A stretch of 64,000 nt of DNA from a virus: positions 6,094 to 70,093 of IMG/VR virus record IMGVR_UViG_3300034082_002865. One strand, 5' to 3'. Below are positions 57,414 to 64,000 of this stretch, in pieces. Made by a program: the position numbers and the translations under genes. The notes under the pieces were generated by a model that saw nothing but the letters and a program-made list of their open reading frames with translations, had not been told where the DNA came from and ran no database searches. Numbering within the stretch: position 1 is the first letter of the stretch; each line of letters begins with the position of its first letter.

Positions 57414-60320
57414 TTAAGCAGGTAATGCCCAACGGAAGCTGTTTACAAACGTAGGGTTTTGGTTGGCAATAATAGTAGAACCGTCTTCTAGTGAACGTGT
57501 ACTTTGGAAGTTAGTGCCCGCTAAAGAAGTTCTAAATGTTGTTGTGCTTGCAGTAACTACCCAGTGATCAGCAGCAGGTTGGCCAGCGTCATAGAAGTCG
57601 TTGCTGTCAATAGTAACACTCACAGTATCCATCAATGTACCCAATGCGCTTGGAATAACTTTCAATCCATATAGACGTCCACGGATGTCAGGATCATATG
57701 ATGGTCCAAGCACTACCACAGGACTAAACATGAAACGCTTGCTGTTGTATACGTTGGTATAAACAGGAACCAGGTGCCCCATGTGTGGTTGGAAAATTGT
57801 GTTAGCGGCGCCAGTAAGTACGCCGGTAGCAGCAGTACCAGCTGACTGATATGATCCGCCACCACCTAGTTCAAACAAGTGACCCCAACGGCCTGTTGTA
57901 ATTGTACATGCAGAGTAAATGTGTGCATTAGCACCTACCAAATCGCCTGTACTTGCACGAATACGCGGAACAGCTAGAACACCACCGTGTACTGGTTGTG
58001 TATGTGCAACTGGTAACGTAGGAGTTTGTCCAGAACCAACTGGGAATCTGTTTCCGTTGACATAGGCATAGCAAGGCCATGGACTTACACCAGGTGTACC
58101 AGAAACTGGTGCACCGGTACTGTAGTTAATACCAACGCTTGATCCAAGACCTGCGCCACTATCTTCTGGTTGAGCACGCTCAAATTCAACGCAACCGATC
58201 CATGCTAACTGTGCATTGGCAAACGTTTTACCTTGCAAGACAAAGTAACGAGGTTTAGCAAACAAGTACAAGAATCCGCCTGTTGTCTGTGTCATGGATA
58301 TCAGATCAACAACACCACTTAACATAGTGGTACCGTCTGATTGATCAGCACGGTTAACACCAACACCGTTGACCATACTATGAGCAGCAACCCAACGTTC
58401 GTAAACAACTAGATTATAAGCTGAACCAGCAGTGGTAATTGCTGTACCAGAACCGCCACCTTGTACTAATGGGTAAAAACGGAAACCAACATACTTACGA
58501 TCTAAGCTGGTGTTGAATAACAATGTGCTAGCTTCTGTACTCTTGTTTGGTGCGCTGTATACATATTCAATGAAATCAGTAGCAGCACTCGGAGTATAGA
58601 TACTTGGAGGATTAGCACCAGTACTATACACATGAGCCCTAATTGTATGACCCAATGTCAATGTTGCGGTAGCAATGCTGGCAATGAATGTGTACAAAGG
58701 AACAGTACGATAAATTGGACTTGCTGAGGCGACAGTTACAGTCTGACTTACTGTCAAACTGGTGTTGCTTGCAATGGCAGTAACAGTCAAGTACTGGCCA
58801 GCAATGGCAATTTCAGCGCCAACGTGTAGTTCAGTAGTAAACAATGTGTTCACACCAGTAACTGTGTTAGTACCAGCAGTACATTGTCCAGTTAGTGCAA
58901 CAGCAGGACCGCCCGCACCCTGTATCTTAACAAAACCAAACTGACTGAAACCAGTGGCTGTTGCAACCGTAACAATGTTTGTTCCTGCTGTGTATATAGT
59001 TCCTGCGGTCACTACTGATGTTGTCACTGTGGTAAACTTACCGCCAGTTGCACTGCCTTCGCGTGAACCTTCTTGTATGAAACCGTGAATCTTTTTCTTT
59101 TTGTAGATTGTTGCATCTACTAGATCATGTGTAAAATCAAAACCTAGTCTGAACTGAGCAGCATTGAGAATTTGAATAACTCTAGCTTCTGTCCCGCCAA
59201 TAATAAGTTCATCGCCCACACGTAGGTCAGTAGTATATGTGCTGCCGCTGCCCGTGATATATGTATCATCACGATGGATACCAATACCAGTAACTGCTTG
59301 GCGTAGCACGTTAATTGCTGTACCAGAATAGCCAACATAGTCAGTCAATACAGCCACGGTAGTTGCATTTGCGGCAAAACTAAATGTACGTAGTTCGTCA
59401 CCAATCCATACTTGATCAGCAGTGACTAAATCCCAACTGAAGTTTGTATTAGTACCTGCAACTGCGGCTGAGCCGGCAGTGACTGCAATGGTACCTCGAG
59501 GATATGTTTTAAGTCGATGTCGACTGTCAGTGAAATCCATTGCAGCATTTACGGTCATAGACGTATTGCTTGCAATACCAGTAATCTGTCGCACTCGTCC
59601 ATTGATAACAACTGTTCGGCCAGTTGCACCGTTAACTGCTTTACTAATACCATTACCACTTGTAATTGCAACACCCGGAGCAACAACAACTGTTGCACTA
59701 GTGTCATTGGAAACTGTACCAATAACGAAATACTGTCCAGCAACTAGGATACCGTCGCCTGGCTGTAGTCTGTTTGTGCTACCATCGGCACCAGTGTTGA
59801 ACAACGTACTAGATCCAGTAACTACACCGTCTGTACCAATTGCCACTGTACCAGCTAGGGTAGCAGTAGTAACGCTGCTGGTCAAGTCACTTAGGAAATA
59901 TGTGCCTACTCCAACTACTGTTGCGCTACCGTTTGTCACGCTGACAACACCGCTAGTATTTCCTCTAACAGTGATGCTAGCAAGACCAGTAACTGTTGCA
60001 TGAATAACCTTGACCGCGCTAGCCAATGTAACATCTGGACTGAATCCAGATGTTACTGTGAACGCACTATCAGAAGTAACTGTGTTAACAGTCCTTGGCT
60101 GACCTGCGATCATAATTGAGTCACCTGCTCGTAATTGAGTGGTGAAGATTGTACCTACTCCAGTGACTGCGGTGCCGGATGCAGTAACAGATCCCTGAAG
60201 TGTGTCGTTTGTAAGCCATTGGTCAACCAGTGCAAAAGTAGGCCACATTTCTGCGCCGCTGTTAGACGGTCCGTATGTGACCGAAGCACTATTTCTACCA
60301 AGTTCGTTGAGTGTTGCCAT
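57414..60320 (-). CDS. Virion/tail protein with repeated GT.VTG.GT.F...L..GD.I.I.G modules
   Basis: About six repeats such as VTGVGTIFTTQLRAGDSIMIAG and VTGVNTLFTTELHVGAEIAIAG; AGGAG SD. Confidence 0.65.
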   Translation of the reverse strand: MATLNELGRNSASVTYGPSNSGAEMWPTFALVDQWLTNDTLQGSVTASGTAVTGVGTIFTTQLRAGDSIMIAGQPRTVNTVTSDSAFTVTSGFSPDVTLASAVKVIHATVTGLASITVRGNTSGVVSVTNGSATVVGVGTYFLSDLTSSVTTATLAGTVAIGTDGVVTGSSTLFNTGADGSTNRLQPGDGILVAGQYFVIGTVSNDTSATVVVAPGVAITSGNGISKAVNGATGRTVVINGRVRQITGIASNTSMTVNAAMDFTDSRHRLKTYPRGTIAVTAGSAAVAGTNTNFSWDLVTADQVWIGDELRTFSFAANATTVAVLTDYVGYSGTAINVLRQAVTGIGIHRDDTYITGSGSTYTTDLRVGDELIIGGTEARVIQILNAAQFRLGFDFTHDLVDATIYKKKKIHGFIQEGSREGSATGGKFTTVTTSVVTAGTIYTAGTNIVTVATATGFSQFGFVKIQGAGGPAVALTGQCTAGTNTVTGVNTLFTTELHVGAEIAIAGQYLTVTAIASNTSLTVSQTVTVASASPIYRTVPLYTFIASIATATLTLGHTIRAHVYSTGANPPSIYTPSAATDFIEYVYSAPNKSTEASTLLFNTSLDRKYVGFRFYPLVQGGGSGTAITTAGSAYNLVVYERWVAAHSMVNGVGVNRADQSDGTTMLSGVVDLISMTQTTGGFLYLFAKPRYFVLQGKTFANAQLAWIGCVEFERAQPEDSGAGLGSSVGINYSTGAPVSGTPGVSPWPCYAYVNGNRFPVGSGQTPTLPVAHTQPVHGGVLAVPRIRASTGDLVGANAHIYSACTITTGRWGHLFELGGGGSYQSAGTAATGVLTGAANTIFQPHMGHLVPVYTNVYNSKRFMFSPVVVLGPSYDPDIRGRLYGLKVIPSALGTLMDTVSVTIDSNDFYDAGQPAADHWVVTASTTTFRTSLAGTNFQSTRSLEDGSTIIANQNPTFVNSFRWALPA

Positions 60321-60381
60321 TTATAAATTCTCCTGCTGATTATTCGTCTAATCAAATCGTACTGTATTTAGTTTCTCTCTA

Positions 60382-61560
60382 TTAAATGTTGAACAGGGCC
60401 AGGGCAAAATTCTTCCCAGATCCATTGACAACATTTACTGTTAAGTAATCGTTATTATTTATTGCGTAGGATAGACTATCGTAGCTATAAGTGTAATAAC
60501 CCGCGGGCAGTGTAAAAAAGTTCAATAGATCATTGTTTCTATACAACCCTACCATTAAATCACTGCCTACCCTAGTTGCATTAGTTAATCGTACACTTCT
60601 AATAACGTCTGATGCATTTGGTACAAAAATAGCACTGCCCATTAAAGGTGCGGAAAAATCATTTAGTATATTGAATGTTTTTAAGGGCTGAGAGTTTGAA
60701 CCGCCTGCACCACCTGTACTGCTAAATGTAACTGTTTTTGGACCAGCAGTAGCATCTGTAGTGATCACCATGCCGGACCCCGCTACAAAGCGAATGGTGT
60801 CTGCACCTGTGGCTGTGATAGTGTTTTGTCCCGTGACTGCTATGCTTTTGAAACTGTCGGGATTTAGTAAACTGCTGTTGATGCTGACTCGGGCTATGCC
60901 GGATCCTAGATCTGTTACAATTAGTCCTGTTGCGCTGTCAAATCGCAGGCTGACCACATTGGTCACTGTGGTGATAAGATCAGTGATGCTGCTTAGACTT
61001 CCACCGCCACCTCCTCCACTACCGGAACCCGTATAACCTATTGTACCAGCAATACCTTGACTGCCTGCGTATCCAAAGCCAGTACTACCTACATATCCTG
61101 CTCCGGTACTGCCAGTGTAGCCTAGAGAGCCAAAACTACCAGTATAACCCTGAAGTCCAAAGCTACCAGTATACCCCTGGAAGCCCATGCTGCCTGCATA
61201 GCCACGGCTACCGTCATAGCCACGTGGACCCAGGACCACTCCTAGGTCAACCCAATTAGTTCCATCCCATATGTATAGATTGCCCGTGTCACGGGCCAAT
61301 ATGGTATCGCCTACCGCACCAGTCCAGGGATCTACCAATAGGCCAGCATTGGCAACATAGCCCGTGATCTGTATTGTTACGCCACCTCCAGTACCGCCAC
61401 CACCCCCGGAGGCAACAATGGGTATACCCCCGATGGTTACGCCATCACTGTATCTCAGCTCGGCTGAGTCGTTATCCCAGAATATTTCACCCTTGCGGCC
61501 AACGTAAGTGGCTGCGACGCCTTGACTTTTACTGCTCCAAGCGGTACGGATAATGGCCAT
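60382..61560 (-). CDS. Short collagen-like fibre protein
   Basis: YVGRKGEIFWD..LRYSDGVTIGG N-terminus, one W.G..W bead domain, GYTGS tract. Confidence 0.65.
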   Translation of the reverse strand: MAIIRTAWSSKSQGVAATYVGRKGEIFWDNDSAELRYSDGVTIGGIPIVASGGGGGTGGGVTIQITGYVANAGLLVDPWTGAVGDTILARDTGNLYIWDGTNWVDLGVVLGPRGYDGSRGYAGSMGFQGYTGSFGLQGYTGSFGSLGYTGSTGAGYVGSTGFGYAGSQGIAGTIGYTGSGSGGGGGGSLSSITDLITTVTNVVSLRFDSATGLIVTDLGSGIARVSINSSLLNPDSFKSIAVTGQNTITATGADTIRFVAGSGMVITTDATAGPKTVTFSSTGGAGGSNSQPLKTFNILNDFSAPLMGSAIFVPNASDVIRSVRLTNATRVGSDLMVGLYRNNDLLNFFTLPAGYYTYSYDSLSYAINNNDYLTVNVVNGSGKNFALALFNI

Positions 61561-61566
61561 AGCCGA

Positions 61567-61998
61567 TTACCCCAATACGCCGGGTCTTATTGTGGCTGCG
61601 GGGATTCTACGGGCAGGTTGCTGAGCCTGCTGTGGCTGCACTGTGCCCTGAACGGGCTTCATCATATTGGCTGAGCCCACGGGCTGTGCAGGTTCATTGG
61701 CTGCACCCGCATGTGGACTGTGTTGTTCAGCTTCGGGACTGCCTTCTTCTGGATCAACACTCACTGCTTGATCACTTGGTCCCACTGAGTCTTTGACTGC
61801 GTCCAAATGCTGCTGTAATGGAGGGCTCCATTTGATGCTGCCCAGGCTGTCAATGCGTTTGCCCGGATTGTCCACAGAATCTTCGCCATCAAGGCTCACA
61901 CCCTTTTGCCCGTTGATGGCGCTCAAAGGAATCTGTACAGAGACCATTTGATCGGGTATGTCTAGTTTAAGTTCTCTAAGGAATTCACGTGCTCGCAT
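61567..61998 (-). CDS. Small protein with MRAxEF leader (candidate internal head protein)
   Basis: Starts MRAREFLRE; SPPLQQ motif; TATAAATA-CTACT-ATG. Confidence 0.55.
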   Translation of the reverse strand: MRAREFLRELKLDIPDQMVSVQIPLSAINGQKGVSLDGEDSVDNPGKRIDSLGSIKWSPPLQQHLDAVKDSVGPSDQAVSVDPEEGSPEAEQHSPHAGAANEPAQPVGSANMMKPVQGTVQPQQAQQPARRIPAATIRPGVLG

Positions 61999-62003
61999 AG
62001 TAG

Positions 62004-62011
62004 TATTTATA
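62004..62011 (-). promoter_or_regulatory. T4-type late promoter
   Basis: TATAAATA 5 nt before ATG 61998; a second TATAAATA at 62031-62038. Confidence 0.65.
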
Positions 62012-62088
62012 CACCAAAGTTATTAGTAGATATTTATAAAATCACAAGCTAGACCCCACGGAGCCTTCGCTGCATACATATACACACT

Positions 62089-62649
62089 ATGAGCACAAAA
62101 TTAACAGCAGCACCACTAAGAGACACACTGTTTACCACTTCAGTATGGAGTTGGCAATTACCCCGTGCTGATTGTCAACAGATGGCTGACAAGATTCGTG
62201 AACTACAGCAGAGTGATCCGGGTCGTACAGCCAGCAATAGACTGGGGTGGCAAAGCCGCAGTATGACCAATAGAGATATACCCATATGGTTATCCAACTC
62301 AATACATGAGATCAGAGATCATATGTTGACACCTATCTATCAAGAATTGAGTTTGGATAGAACTCCACAGGTGGTGAACTTTTGGTACAATGTCAACCCA
62401 CCGGGAGCATTCAATTGGACACACTCACATCCAAACTGTAGTTTCAGCTCAGTAATCTATCTAGAGAATACTGCACAGTCAGGTCCCATAGTGTTTGAAA
62501 ATCCCCAGGCCATAGTGGGCACACTAGCAGAACGAGCCATACTGCCTCGAGAAGGTGCAGTTCTGTTATTTCCCGCCACAACACTGCACAGAGTAGAACC
62601 CAATCTCAGCACTAGAGATCGAATCACCATAGCGGTCAACTGGATTTGA
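62089..62649 (+). CDS. Putative 2OG-Fe(II) oxygenase (TIGR02466-like)
   Basis: SNRLGWQS, WYNVNPPGAFNWTHSHP..FSSVIY..FPATTLHRVEPN..DRITIAVN. Confidence 0.85.
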   Translation: MSTKLTAAPLRDTLFTTSVWSWQLPRADCQQMADKIRELQQSDPGRTASNRLGWQSRSMTNRDIPIWLSNSIHEIRDHMLTPIYQELSLDRTPQVVNFWYNVNPPGAFNWTHSHPNCSFSSVIYLENTAQSGPIVFENPQAIVGTLAERAILPREGAVLLFPATTLHRVEPNLSTRDRITIAVNWI

Positions 62650-63409
62650 CCCGGCCCAACAGAACCCAATTGCCAGCGTCTGCACCACAATACTCCACTT
62701 CAACTGCTGCTTGACTGGCCAAATAGTCAAGACTCTGTTGGTTAAATCCGTTGATATGTTCGTGTATCAAACCCGAACCATAGTTGGCTTCATTGGGCAC
62801 TTCTATATAGATCCAACCGCCAACTGCGACTTGACTGACCATTGCCCGCCATAGAGTCAGAGGATCGCTGACATGTTCCAAACACTGTTGACTGATCAAG
62901 AAATCCACAGGAGCTCCATCCCAACGGGTAAATCCCGCAGCTAGACCCTCAACCCCGCTGAGATCACTGCTCATATACTCGCAATCAGTCCAACGCTGCG
63001 GAACAGTGATGCCCAACCCCCCATAGTCCAGTACACGACGGAACTGAACAGCAGAGGGAATCTGTCTAGCCAAAAAGTTATTAAACTCCCGCATCCTTAA
63101 TGCATCACTACTCAGGCGTGTGTGCATAAAGTAATGACGCATCACTTCTCCCTCATAATGGCAGCGTTGATCCAGGTAATCATCTCGACCATAATTTGAG
63201 TAAAAACGCTGTTCTTCTTCTAGTGTAAAACGAACTGCTGAATGAGCAAATCCACAGTGACTACAGCGTATCACTGTAGTGGGTATTATAGCTGAACCAG
63301 TAGAGGGAGCAACACCAGTCATACGATGTTGTACAAAAGGATAAAGTCCTGCGGAGTTAGAGAGAACATCCGAACTCGTGCATAGAGCACAATGATTGAT
63401 AGTATACAT
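62636..63409 (-). CDS. Class I SAM-dependent methyltransferase with N-terminal Zn-ribbon
   Basis: CALC...CSHC, VLDYGG, CLEHVSDP, YIEVP, HEHIN.F; start set at MYTINHC (63409), with TAAATA at 63420-63425. Confidence 0.75.
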   Translation of the reverse strand: MYTINHCALCTSSDVLSNSAGLYPFVQHRMTGVAPSTGSAIIPTTVIRCSHCGFAHSAVRFTLEEEQRFYSNYGRDDYLDQRCHYEGEVMRHYFMHTRLSSDALRMREFNNFLARQIPSAVQFRRVLDYGGLGITVPQRWTDCEYMSSDLSGVEGLAAGFTRWDGAPVDFLISQQCLEHVSDPLTLWRAMVSQVAVGGWIYIEVPNEANYGSGLIHEHINGFNQQSLDYLASQAAVEVEYCGADAGNWVLLGRVKSS

Positions 63410-63579
63410 ATATAGACTGTATTTACAGTGTGTACATACATAGACCCCGCTGTACAGAGTTTGAGTGTATATACACACACATCACTGTATATGTACAGTA
63501 TATGTAGAGAGCTGTTAGCACAGTGGATTTACCTTAAAATTTACTTTGGTATTCACATTTAGAAACAGTTTGGACTATG

Positions 63580-63607
63580 GTGAAATCGTGTGAAATCGTG
63601 TGAAATT
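63580..63607 (+). repeat. 10-bp tandem repeat GTGAAATCGT x2.8
   Basis: GTGAAATCGT GTGAAATCGT GTGAAATT; another GTGAAATT at 63678. Confidence 0.8.
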
Positions 63608-63978
63608 ATGGTGGGACCCAGGTGGCACTATTCTAGCATAGCCTGCCACGACCATCCTCACCAAATGGAAAATGGCTGTGAAAATTGGTGCCAAAACGTC
63701 TAAAAACTGCTCCAAACTCGGTTATATTGGCCTAATCTGAGCCTATTTTCCACCACTTTGAACCACAATATACCCCATATTACGCTCAATATATACCACC
63801 GATCCCCCACCATTCAGGACACCCCACATGGTTCAACCACGGTAGGCCAACCTAAGTATACAATACATACTGAGTGACTATACAGTGTATATACATATAC
63901 ACTAAGACCCCGCTGCTAGTGGTTCTCTTATACTAACACTATACACAGTATATACATATACGCAGTGTAAATATCACT

Positions 63979-64000
63979 ATGAGCAAACCAGATCATACTC
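63979..64000 (+). CDS. Start of a gene running off the window (MSKPDHT...)
   Basis: TAAATA(63968-63973)-TCACT-ATG, the same arrangement as the other late genes. Confidence 0.45.

Noticed and set aside
63410-63478. N-terminal extension of the methyltransferase ORF (MCIYTQ...)
   Set aside because: It runs through low-complexity TATACA sequence and a TAAATA motif; MYTINHC is the more plausible start.
1-64000. Stop-codon reassignment, as found in some jumbo phages
   Set aside because: Genes are full length and densely packed in code 11, and TAA, TAG and TGA all end genes at sensible positions.
1-64000. tRNA, rRNA, integrase or transposase genes
   Set aside because: None recognised by eye and intergenic gaps are mostly too short; tRNAscan/Infernal were not run.

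Overview
This window looks like part of a large (jumbo/T4-like) dsDNA tailed phage genome read in the standard genetic code, with almost all genes on the minus strand. 1-28.7 kb and 48.6-62 kb hold virion, tail-fibre and baseplate-type genes. These include a 3945-aa protein with about 16 Ig-like repeats and a very long proline-poor Gly-X-Y (G-[FY]-x-G-S-x) collagen-like region. 28.7-31.1 kb carries an HNH nuclease, translation initiation factor IF-1 and an ATP-dependent DNA ligase. The most striking part is a ~14 kb enzyme cluster at 31.2-45.5 kb. It encodes five radical SAM enzymes (four with SPASM-like Cys tails, one B12-binding type), five 2OG-Fe(II) oxygenases, a cupin/JmjC protein and a glycosyltransferase. 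These surround a 195-aa protein ending in CHAS-CHSS-CHSS-RSRR that has its own perfect T4-type late promoter, suggesting a phage-encoded RiPP-like or virion-protein maturation system. A TAAATA late-promoter motif lies exactly 5 nt before the ATG in seven genes, which suggests leaderless late mRNAs. All product calls come from motif recognition only; no database searches were run.
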